Source: Isurus oxyrinchus
Taxonomy: Eukaryota
Assembly: GCA_026770705.1 (NCBI GenBank)
Contig: JANJGN010000047.1
Coordinates: forward strand, 4,216,001 to 4,280,000
Length of the DNA: 64,000 bases
Direction of reading: 5' to 3'
In this document: positions 1 to 12,600 of the stretch, piece after piece
Numbering within the stretch: position 1 is the first letter of the stretch
Layout: each line of letters starts with the position of its first letter
Translations under genes and position numbers: made by a program
The notes under the pieces: generated by a model
The model's database searches: none
What the model saw: only the letters and a program-made list of their open reading frames with translations
Told to the model about the DNA's origin: nothing

Positions 1-331
1 GTGCTCTGATACTCTGAATGGATCTCAGTCTCCGCCAATCAGTGAGTTCGCTATTATATTCACATCCATCTCCTGATCTCCGGGGACTGGAATAAATTCT
101 GAACGTATCGACAAACTGTCCCAGAAGGGGCATCTCTCCAACTTATACCGGCTCGTTTATGGGTTTAATACAATTATAGCCTTGCGTTTGAAAGGTTTGA
201 TATTTAAATCGAGTTTCAATGGGAGATTGGGCCAAATTCTTCTGCTCTGACCTGCAGAAAGTGGAGACCGGTTAGCTGGGTCTCGCGGTTTTAATAGGTT
301 GTAATTCTATGCTTATTATTGTATTTTACAG

Positions 332-646
332 AGGCTGTGAAACTGAGACTGGCGAATGGGGGCAGTCGATGCGCAGGAAGAGTGGAGATTCACTACAGAG
401 GGCAGTGGGGGACTGTGTATGATGACAGCTGGGACCTGCAGGACGCCGCTGTTGTGTGTCGGGAGCTGGGCTGCGGGACCGCGGTCTCTGCACCGGGCGG
501 GGCTCACTTTGGGGAAGGCTCCGGGCCCGTTGTGACATATAATGTTGAGTGCAGCGGGAACGAGGCCGCCCTGCGAGACTGTAAATCAGCTTCCTGGGAT
601 CAGAATTCCTGGCTGCACAGCAATGATGCCAACGCGATCTGCTCAG
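332..646 (+). CDS. SRCR exon 1 in window (6 Cys; C2 and C7 replaced)
   Basis: ttttacag|AG...TCAG|gtac; [49 protein letters not shown]...NAICS; 315 bp. Confidence 0.95.
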
Positions 647-3600
647 GTACAAATATTTCTTCTGCTTCGCATCGCCCATCGTATCCGATTTCTTTCCCCT
701 GGAATAAAGGCGGAAATGTTATTTTGGGACAGCTGATAGCTGGAGAATGAGACTTAGGGCAGGATATTCCAGTTGGAGTTAATGTTATATTCAATTAGAA
801 TCATTGCGTGCCATACATTCATGTCAATAATTGTGTTAATTTATAAAGTTAAGCTCACACCAGAACGGCACGTTGCAGCCCGCTTTATATCACTGCTGGC
901 TTCTTGCTGTGAGGTGACCCGGACAATCCATGGAAAGCGAAGAATGTTCGGAACATCCTGCACGCATTATACCCTCACCCTCCCCACTTGCATGGATGGT
1001 TCGGCATGCTCTTGCGGTAATCAGTGAGAACGATTGCAGAGTCCGGTTATTCAGTTGCCCAGCTGTTAGATCAGTGTTTTATGTTCTCACTCCCTGTATA
1101 AATTCCATGGCGTAACGACCCTGGGGAGCACACCGGAGCATGCAGGTGTCATTGATTCAGCTCTATTGCGGAGTTTCCCAGAGAGCAGGGGAATTCCCCA
1201 GATGAAGTTGAAACTTCCCAGGATGTTCACACATATTTCAAGGCGCCAATACTTTCGTAGGGTCCGCATGCTCATCTCTGCCGTTCCTCAGGTTTCCCAA
1301 ATTCCGTAGTACGGAATAATTGGTCTGATATTTTACAGGTTGTGAATCGGGAACTGGGAAGGAAGGTTTCGGTGCGTGGGGAGAGTCTAAATTATGGGGC
1401 AGCAAGGGTATAATCTGCAAACATAATCCCGATGTCAACTGCACAGACCATTCGGTTCAATATTTAATTTATATTGAGATCGGAAGAAGTGCAGCATTTC
1501 AAACCAATATGTTAAGTGTAATGCAAGGCACAATTGCAGTGAATAATCTTGACAGCGTTACATTACTGGATGAAAAGCGGAGAGTTCCCCATCAGCGCAC
1601 CCAAGAAATCCTGGCACATGGACCTAATCTAGCCATCATCGGAACAGATCTATTAACAACTTAACCCTTTGTGGGATTTCGGTGGAAAGGGCAGCAATTA
1701 TAAAACTGAATCAGCCTTTTAAAACTAAACTCAATGGAGATTAAACGGAAACTGCACTTTCTAAGTTACTGATCAATGTTGTAATTTTCTCAACTGCTTC
1801 AGTCATCTCCTTTATGTTACATGTTTGGAAGAGGAGTTGTTTGATCATGACTGCCCAGTGCTCGGCTCCATTCGCAATTCATCAAATTAGGAAGCAGCCC
1901 ATAGCCACACAGAGCAAATCCTGCACAGCATCCATGCCCCAAATGATAAAAGACAAGTAAGACGTGTCTGCAAACGGCTAATGACAGCAATGGAAGAGAG
2001 ATTCCAATTGACATTCAGTTGCTTTGCAGTCAAACAGTCCCTCATCATCTTAAACTTGGGGAACACCGTTGACTGAACTTTCATTTGCAATAGCCAATGC
2101 CAATGCCGTGGCTTCTTCAGCAGGCCAGAGGCTGAATGTTCTGTGAGTATCAGTCTTCAACTGTCTCACCATTGTTTCTCATTTCCCGAATCATCGCTAA
2201 TCGTGGAAACTGCACGTGACCTGTAAAGGCGCTGCTGAGGCACTAGACAGAAGACTTGCCAACCCCAGATGAAGTTCTGTCTTTGACTGGGTGTTTAATC
2301 ACCACCATCAACCACCATTCTCTCCCTCAGTGCGATAATAAGACGGCAATCTTAATAATGTGCAGGGAGAACAGCAGCACCTCTAAAAATATTGTCTTCT
2401 CCATTTCTGAAAGAAACGGCGTTCATCTCGCTGGTTCAAGCTCCACGAACTCCCAATCTAAGAGCGATATCGTAGCCCGTTCACCACACACAAGGCAGCC
2501 GCTTTTATGAAACACAGAATATCTTCTCAAGCAAACTCGGATGGACAGTTAATACAGGTCGTGTTAGCGAAGTTCACAACTGTAGTTCTGTTGTAAACAT
2601 TACACAGAATCACACATTCTCGACGGCAAAGCTACTGACTCCATAGGCCAACTTGTCAATCTCGGGGTTAATAACGTAATCGAGCATCCCCCGCTCCCCA
2701 ACCACTTTACCCTCCAGGCAATACAACAACTTATCATCTATCTTCATCAATATAACGTGAGGTTCCATTCACCATCATCTGTTCATCAATCATAAATAAA
2801 TCCGTTGCAATCACCTCATCTTCAGTGGCCACGAGTTCCACATTCTAACAACTGTCTAGTAAAAAAAACATTTCTTCCGAATGCATTTGGGAATTTTAGT
2901 ATTTTTTGACCATAGCCCAGAGTTAACCATCATCCATCCTGTCAATTTGTTCAATCGTCAAAAAGATCTTTATCATTTCAGTGCTCTGGTTACCTTCCCT
3001 CGTGAAAACAAATGTACCCTGGCAATTCATTTCATTTCCCCCAACCTTTCTCGTAGAACGGTCAAAATCCATATAAATAACTTTCAACTTTTCTCGTGTC
3101 TCTAGGAATTTGATGGCCCCGTTGCGGTTGTGCCGTGTCAATGGAGATGAGCTATTCAAATGTCCATTGACTTCCGCGGGACAGGAAAATGCCGGCAGTG
3201 CGAGAGTGGGCTGACCGGAATATAATGAAACTATCAAGCTTTTTAACTCCTTCCCTCCAAAAATGAAGGCCGAGACACTGAGATCCGATGGCACATCTAC
3301 CTAATGTGCACTTTCATTTTCCAATGAATACCTGAGCTCTGAATTAATTCTCACAAAAATAATGCATTGCCCTTAACTATTATAACATTCATTTGCAAAT
3401 TAAGTGCACATTTTGGGAATTTATTGCATTTACTGTTTATTCTGTCTCTCTAAGTGCCCCCTCACAGTTTTCCTGAGTTTAAACTGTGCTTTGAATTTGA
3501 CTCCACAGACTAATTTTGAACTATTCCCTGTGGATAATTTGTTTCTGTAAACGGCAAACAATATTGTTCCTGGCATCAGTCCTGTTGGAACACAACGAAC

Positions 3601-6600
3601 TACCTTTGTGCTGGTCTGAATATCTAACATCCATCCTTAATTACTGATGGCTGTTTGCTATGCAGTTTGGGATTAATTCTGCTAGCTTTCCGCCAGCTCC
3701 ACATCGTCTCTCACAGGAATTAGCTGTTTTTTTTTCTGCTGCGCGATAGTACAGAAAATCTACTGTGAAATGTAAAGGAAACGATGTAACTATTTTTTTC
3801 AGAAAAAAAAAACAGAAGATGTTAAAACGACTGATTTGGGTAAGAGGTACCTGTGGACAGACAATGTTCACGTTTCACACCAGTAATATTTTGGCACTAC
3901 AACTGTGGAAGCGATATTCAGAGACGACATTCGTTAATGGACAAACGATCCATGAACAACGTTGGTAACCATTATAGAAGGCAGCGATCTGATACTCTGT
4001 CATCCAAATATTTTAATGCATCTGACAGTGTAATTGGTGTCCTGGATCCAATGACCCATAATTATTGAGGGTCATTTTTGTTTTAATCCATTCACCCCTA
4101 TATTATACATTGCAATTCAGGCTACAGATGGAAGGTTACCGGACATTAATTGCCAAGGCCCGTGAAGACTATTCGGTTGCAATGAGTTTGCTTTCTCATG
4201 GCCTCTCACTGACCTCATTACACTAGAAGTGAGGTCTGAGTGAGGAAGAGAGAGAATATTGTTGGAGTATCACTGCCTCCCCATTCAATTGCACATTGAT
4301 TATGGCCTTAAGAGGCTCCCTTTGTATGTGATTGATTATATATATAAGTATGAAATGCTTCAGTGATCTATTAAATTTTATGCTTCGGGAATCAAAAGGC
4401 GATGTACGGGAACATGAACCAATTGACATAAGCTGTCCTTTCAAGTTTGCACTTGGAAGACGGGAAACATTCTGGGGAGCCCGAAATGCACTCCTTAAAT
4501 GATCAGCGTATTAAAACTAAGGCTTGGTTCACAAAACTGTACATGGTTATCCGGTGATTGTTTCGTTTGGATTCAGCTGTCAGTACTTTAAAAATGCTAA
4601 AATAACACGAGCCTGTTTTTGCCCCTTGTATGTGACCGTTACATTTTACTGACATATTCAAAATGGCACTTAACATTGCTTTGTGCTTCCAGTGTTCGGA
4701 ATGTTTCACTGGGAAAGTATTGTGGGATCAATCATTTTATGTTTGAGGTTATTTGGTGTCTGTGTTCGTCAATATGCTCCATCGACGAAAGAACAAACGC
4801 CAGCAGATCAAATGGTAGATTCGAGGACAAGTCAGGGTTCCTGGATTTATCTGAGTAATTTTCTGGCTGGTCACAGGATATGACTAGTTGCAGTCGCCCG
4901 GTTCCAGGGAAGTTTTACGCCCTGAAAGTGTTATGAAGAGAAAGCTGCTGTGACTTCCATATAAGTAGATGTTGTGAAAAGTGGGTCTTATAATTCAAGA
5001 GGGGGGATTGAAAAATGAGGGGCCAGAGGTAGTAAAAGTAGATAAATTGGGACTTTGAGAATAAATATGTATTTAAAACTATTAAATTCAACTCGATAGA
5101 AAATACGGAATGTAAGAGAAAGGGAATTTTTTTGTTGATCAGATGTTTTCCTGCAATGATGGCTGGGTTGGCGGGGGTTGAGGGGGGGGGGGGGTGTCTG
5201 TGGGTGGGGGGAATGTTGCCTGGATGCAACTTGATGTAGTTTCTATTTGGGCATTAGTGCCAATGAAATACCAGCTGTGAAAAGTCGAATTCTTGGTGAT
5301 CTACATCAATGAGATCTATCGACCGAACCTCGAAGGTGTGCACGTGTGTTGGGGTGAAGGATGGTATGGTTGCATTTCAGTCTATGGATTCCGGGCGGGA
5401 ACCGGTATAAGAATAATATGCAATGAAGAACTTTCGCTGCGGGTAGTGCAGAGATTGTTTGACATCAAAGAGCACTTCTCTCTCAATAGATGTTTAGCCA
5501 AGTTCTCTCTGCAGATATAGTGCATGCTTGTAACACTGTACTGAGGTAGCAGTAAATCTAAGTGTGTTAAAGGATGCATGTGGCCTCTTTACAAGCAATA
5601 ACTTCTGGAGGATTGTGGGGTTTAGCGTAATCGTTATTGTGCCGAGATGAAACCCTTATCAGAAGTCATCATCACAGGTTTTGCTTAAACAGATATGCAC
5701 AAAATTAAAAATGATTGGGACAATCATGACTTGTTGTTACTCAGATCACAGGTTTCCCAGACTCGTATCCGTGGATTCCAACTGCTCGGGCAGACTGGAA
5801 ATACAGTTCGGTACAACCTGGGGAACAGTGTGTGATCTTCACTGGGATTGGAATGACGCCAGTGTGGTCTGTCATCAGCTTCAGTGTGGAGTCCCCGTGT
5901 CTGTGGAAAAAGGGGCTTATTTTGGAAAGGGCACTGGAATTCTACGGAGCGATAAATTTGATTGTAAAGGCAATGAGACAAGCCTGACAGACTGCCCTAT
6001 CTCTCCAGTAAATCAAAACGAGTGCACCCACATGAACGATGTCGGTGTGAGCTGTTCCGGTGAGTAGAAAGATTCCGAAACACATAAAGGTTTTCTGGTG
6101 AACTTTTCAGAAACGGAGAAAATGCCATTGCTGTTTCCTTGTATTATGATCATTCCCAAGCACTTCTTTATAGTTCACTGTCGCTTTTTATGATTCTGGA
6201 ATAACGCAATTATGTTTAAGTCAGTAACTTCTGCGTAATCTGAAAATAACGCATTATTATTGCGAAATTAATGCTTGCACCATACATAGGTTTTTCATTG
6301 ACATTTGCCAGAACACCCATTATCGATTGAACTCTCAAGTCGTTTTCTGTCTGCCAAACGTGAAATGACTTCATTAATTATAAAAGTAGGCGAATCAATA
6401 TTTAACTGTGGTTGCATTATTTTAGAGAGGCGTTTCAATGAATTGACCGAAATAAAGTAAATAATTAGGAGAAAATTTCCTTTCTTGTTTCTTGCTCAAA
6501 ATAGTGGGATTATCTCCGTAGAAGCATTGCAACTGTATGTGCTATGTGCCTACGTCAACAGTCCAAGAGAATCAATTTCAATCGCTTCCACAGGGGAATG

Positions 6601-9600
6601 TAGAAAATCGGAATAAATGCAGGCCGTCTCAAATATATTCCTGTCCCCGGCAATAACAACTTCATCCCTTGAGTGACCTTGTTCTGGATTACTGGACACG
6701 TGACTCTTTGCCAAATCTTTGAAATCCATTTAAGATTTTTAACATCGTTTAATCAGCCCTAATCCTTCCAGAGTAAATAGCTTCAAGACATTTTTGTTCG
6801 ATTCGGAATCACAATACAATGTTTAAGTAAATTAAGCATCCTTCTATATATACATTGCATCCCCTCCAAGACGAATAGTTTCTTCCGGAGTGCCCTGTCC
6901 AAATCTGACAGCTGTTATACAGGTTGGTTCTGGCCAATACTGGGTATGACTGAAACGTCACGTCCTCTCTTTGGTATTTCAAAGCTGTTGAGACAAAGTC
7001 CAAAATTCCGTTAGCATTTTCCTGGATGAACCCTCTACTTTGAGCAAACAGACGCGTTCGTTTAAGGGGTTATCGCAGTCTAATGAGTTTCAAACAGTAA
7101 GATGTATAAACAGTGCAGTACAACACGAATTTATAAATTTTCATTCCTTCATTTTTCTTTGTTTCGCCATGTCTATATTCAAATGTTCATTTACAAAATA
7201 TTTTCGTCCTTGTTTTTATTAAAAACAGGGAAGCATGGACCCCGATTGGTTGGTGGTGAGAACAGGTGCTCCGGCCGGGTGGAAGTGCTGCACGGAGAGC
7301 AGTGGGGGACCCTGTGTGATATTCACTTTGGTTTAGAAGACGCCAGTGTGGTGTGTGAGCACCTTCAGTGCGGGGCTGTAAAGGAAATCCCGAGGGTTTC
7401 TCCCTTTGGGCAGGGAGCAGGCCCTGTGTGGAAGGAAAATTACAGGTGCCACAGGAATGAATCGCGGGTGACAGAGTGTCGGGTTACATCCGGGGAACAT
7501 TTTAACTGCTCACATGGAAATGACGCCAGTGTCATCTGTTCAGGTGAGACCTCTCAGTCAATGTAATCATGGATTAAAATAATCTCCCTGCAACACTGAA
7601 AGGGGCCTTTCAGCATGTTCTGTCCATGGAGGCTCTCTGCGAAAGTATCCCACCCACTCACACAACCCTGCAATTTACAATAACTGTGCATTGTTTTTCA
7701 CTCATTTATCTAACGATATATATTTTAAAATCTACGATTCATAATCATCCACCACATCTTCAGGCAGTGCATTTCAGATCCTCGCCGCCACATTCTTAGA
7801 CGATGCTTTTCATATCTTCAAGCACCATATTCTCCAACAATGAATTGCAGATCCTCATCACCATCATTTTCAGAGAGTGCATTTCATATCCTCATCCTTT
7901 GCTTTCTCAGGCAGTGCATTGCAGACCCTCATCATCCACATTCTCCAACAGTACAATGCAGATCATCAAATACCACAATCTTAGACAGTGGATTGTAGAT
8001 CGTCATCCAGCACATTCTCAGACAGTGCATTCCAGATCCTCGTCACTCACATTTTCAGAAAATGCAGTGAAGATCCACATACGCCACATTTTCAGACAAT
8101 GCATTGCAGGTCGACATCCACCACAATCTCAGACAGCATATTTCAGATCTTTATCCACCACCTTCTCGGAAGGTGCATTCCATGTCCTCATTCACCAAAT
8201 TATCTGAAAGAGCATTGCAGATCGTCATCCAGCACATTCTCATACATGTGCATTCCAGACCCTCATCACCCACATTCTCAGACAGTGCATTGCAAATCTT
8301 TATTCCCCGACATTCTCAGGCAGTGGATTGCAGATCCAAATCCACCACATTCTCAAGCAGTGCATTGCAGATCCACATCCTCCACAATCTCAGACCGGGT
8401 GTTTCAGATCCTCACCACCCCCCCCCACCCCCCCCCCCCCCCCACGATCTCAGAATGTGCATGTCAGATAGCTTGAAGCAGATCCTCACCTACCCCCATT
8501 CTCAGCCAGTGCATTGTAGACAATCATCCGTCACATTCTCAGACAGTGTATTGCGGATTGCCATCCAGCATATTCTGGTACATTGCATCTCAGGTCCTCA
8601 TCACCCACATTCTCTGTCAACGCATTACAGATCCTCATCCATCACAATCTAAGACATTGCATTGCAGATCTTAAGCTAGCATTTTCTCAGACAGTGCATT
8701 GCATTTCATCATTCACTACAATTTCAGTCAGTGCATTGCATATCCTCGTCCACCACATTCTCAGGCAGTGCATTGCAGAACGTAATTAATCGCAACATGC
8801 AAAACTAGCATCCTTATGTCACCATTTCCAATTTGTCCATCACCATGAATCTGTACTGATCATTCTTGATCCTTCCGCCAATGGGAACAATTTTTCTGTG
8901 CCGTAATGTCCAGAACCCGAAGGTTGTTTTAGCATTCCCTCTCCAAGTAGAATATTCGTAGCTCACTCAAACAATGTAGAAAAAATACGTTTGTCATCAC
9001 CGAAATGATCTTATGAAGCATTCCTGCATCATTTCTAATGCCTTCATACCCTCCCTAACGTTTGTAGCCCAGAAATGGAAGCATTATTCCAGATGAGGCC
9101 GAAATGAATCATAACATCTTCCCTTCAGTGTACTCTGTGCCTTAGTTATACACCAAAGAACTCCAAACTTTAGCAGACTTTTCGCAACCTGCGCTGTCAA
9201 GTACAATGTTTCTTACAAATGCACCCGAGGTTCGTCAGCTTCTGAAACTCATTCAGAAATGATCCTGTTCTTTATTGTTCCTTCTCCTAGTCCTTCGTTT
9301 GGCAGCCTTACCTCTCTTAAAAACACTCACTTCTAAAGCACAAGGCCTGTTTCAAGAATGACTCAAATTATTTAGCAGAGCAGTCAAGTCTGTGAATGAA
9401 GTGCAGTGCTGTGGGAATGCTGTTCTCTATAATTTTGCTTGTTCCTGGTAAGAGGTTTAATCGATGCCATATCTGCATCAGTGGAGGTTAATAAAAATAT
9501 TTACCATGGGTCTACTTTGAGGGAAACTAGGGAGTCTATCCAAAGTTATCCCTTGATCAACATCAAACAATGTAGCTCATCTGGTCATTATCACACGATT

Positions 9601-12600
9601 TTTGTGCGATTTTACTGCGCCCATTATGGCTGCGGCGTTCCTTAAATTGCAACAGTGCTGACATTACACAATGCAAATAAATGACTGTAACTTGCGCTGA
9701 GGCATCCGGTAGTTTTGAAAAAAATACTAATCTACTTTAAATACGTATTTTTTTTACTTCCAACAAAAATGGGCCAACCAATGCTTCCCTCAACCGAATT
9801 TCGTCTATAACTTTCCGGCCCGTTCTAACAGCTTGTCGGTGTCTGATTTAATTTTAATCTTTCAACATTTTACAACACTTAAAAAAATTCTGTATTCTTT
9901 GAAGAAAAAAAATGAAATTGTTCCCCTTACAACCAAGTCTCGGTAGATATCATGTATTAACGGAAAATCAGGGTTTCTAGCCAGGTGGAATGTCCTGTTC
10001 CTCTGGTCTGGAAAAGAAGAAACGTTGAACACGACGTCCTGTTCCCTTTCAAAGAGCAATTCCATCTCCAATCAGTCATTTTTTTTTTATTCCACAGGCG
10101 CCAAACTTTTCTGCCAAGCAGCTATCGTGACCCTTTGCCAAAGGTCATTTCAAAGTCCATCAAAGCCACATCCACTCCATTAGCCTCATTAACAGTCTCA
10201 CTAACCTCATTAAATTACTCTAGCAAGTCCGTGCAATGCGATTGTCTCTTACCAAAACTACATTTTTCAACTGGCTCTAACTTCTGTCCCAATGTATATT
10301 TTCCAAGGAAACAAAGCTTTCCCAAAGCCAATATTAAACTTACTGGTCCGAATTTACTGCATTTATCCTAACACCATTTCTTGAACAAGGTGTAATATTT
10401 GGAAATTTCATTTGTCGGCATTGAAGAAGGATGGGAACATTATGACCATTATCTGGCGATTTCGGCTCTGACTTTGGTCATGCTCCCCGAATAGACGTCA
10501 TCCAATCCATGTGTCCCGTCAAATTCAACATCAGTTGCCCAAGCCAATTCGTCCTCTTTATAAATATCTAAACACTCCATTTTATTTCATCTGCCTATTC
10601 TTTGTCCAGCATTGAGGAGCATTTTCTTCCTTGGCTAAAAAACATACTCAAAATGCTGACTCAGCAGCTGAGCCATAACATCAGCCTTTATATGCCGATT
10701 TCCTTTTTGGTGTCTGTTTTGTGCCTATATAAGACTGTAAGATCCCGTTTTATGTTAGTGGGAGTCTCTTATATGGTCTGGATATTGTACATTCATCTTG
10801 GATCTCGCTTGCATTATCCAAATTCAATATCCTATCCATATATATTTATTTCTGCTTCACCTTAATCCCCATCTCTTTAATCACCCAGGGAGCCTTTGAG
10901 CTTTTGCATAGTCCTGCACTTGTCTAAGTCAATTTTCCATTATTGCTCCTCAGTCATTTTCAGAGCCTGCACGTCACGAACATCATTTATTGCAATGTAC
11001 GTTCACACACCTGAAAAGTAAATATAATTGAGGCCATTATACAACCCCGGTTGTGCTTATCATGAATAACACCACATTATTTCCTCCGTTATTGCAATCT
11101 TTCTTTTCTACTTTTCTGTGCAGTTTGGTTTTTCTCTCTAACCATATCTGCCCGTTCCCAAATCCCTGACAAATTCATTCTGTACTGTCCAACCAATAAA
11201 CCAGACGGACATTGCCGCCGGATTTTTTTTCATGTGAAACACATGAAAACATCCATTGGTCCTTTCTTCACAGAACTGAGTCTATGAGTGCATGAGAACA
11301 GGTCACAAAGTCACATGAGCTTCATTAGGACTCTCGTGCACCGTTTATCTTGCGACATGTTCATTAGTTCTATCGCTCGTACGTTGTGCTGGGATATTTC
11401 AATATTATCAGGATATTACTCCGTTGATGGCAATTTACTAGATTGTTTGCAACATCCTTAAAAATGATCTGCAGGACTACACCCCTCTTCCTACCTCTGA
11501 AATTGTTCCACTAACGGAGCACGAATGCTGACTGCTCACCCTCCCGCATCAGCGTGCTCAGCAGGGTCCCAGTGATCTGCCTCACCTTGGCACTAGGGTC
11601 AGAACATTTACGTGAATAATCATTGCCCCGGTTATATTGAGTCAGATGTGCATGATTTGTTTGAATGTTACCCCTTGCTCTCATCTTGTAGATGAAAGTT
11701 GGTCACTGAGATTGACGAATGGGGGAAGCCGCTGTGATGGTCGGGTGGAAATTTACCACAACGGTCGCTGGGGCAGAGTACAGGACAGCCTCTGGGACCT
11801 CAATGATGCTACCGTGGTCTGCAAGCAACTAGGATGTGGTGTCGCACTTGCCGCTTATACCTCTGCAATGTATGGAGAGAGTGAAGGGCCTGTGTGGGTG
11901 AATGATGTCCAGTGTGGAGGAAACGAACTGTATCTCCGCAACTGCAGCTCATTTGCAATGAATTCGTCTCTCAATGAAAGTGTCGGCGTCGGGGTTCTGT
12001 GTTCAGGTGAATAAATAGTTCAATTTTACCGGAACATAAATTGAAATATCTAATAAGGAGGGAGGTGTGAATATACGTCACGAGTTCTTTTAACCTAACT
12101 GCTTAGCATTGGAGGGCTAACGTGGGGAGAGTGGGCAAGCACAGAACTGATCAACAAGCAGGACATGCATTTTTGCTGTGCATTTATTAACGACGGAATT
12201 CAAAATTTTCTCTCAAACAGGAAATTCTGACAGCACTTCTGTTAGTGCGGGGCGGGGGGAGTTGTGAGGGGCGGGGCGGTGTGGTGTTGGGAGGGGCCTT
12301 ACAGCTTGGTGCGAAATTGTGTGTTAATTTAACAACGTTTTCATAGAATTGCCGTTCTCATACTCATCAGAGCGACAGGCCGCTCATGGGATTTCTGCAT
12401 TATTCAATCCATGAAAAAACGATGCACTTACAGGTCTTTCAGCAGCAGAAGACTGAGCTTCTATGAAATGTCATTCTTAAAAGTCACTTGGTTTCTTTTT
12501 TCCACTGAAGCTGCCAGATCCCCTGAGGAATTGCAGCATTTTTTTTCAATATAATCAAAATAAAAAAGCGATATAATCAGAAATCGACTGAAATAAGTTT

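Noticed and set aside
7745-8780. CRISPR-like array (repeat of ~37 bp)
   Set aside because: Units are head-to-tail with no unique spacers, there are no cas genes, and the context is a eukaryotic intron.
7803-8789. Long overlapping His/Ser-rich ORFs (134-182 aa)
   Set aside because: They are translations of the 37-bp minisatellite in several frames, with no splice or domain support.
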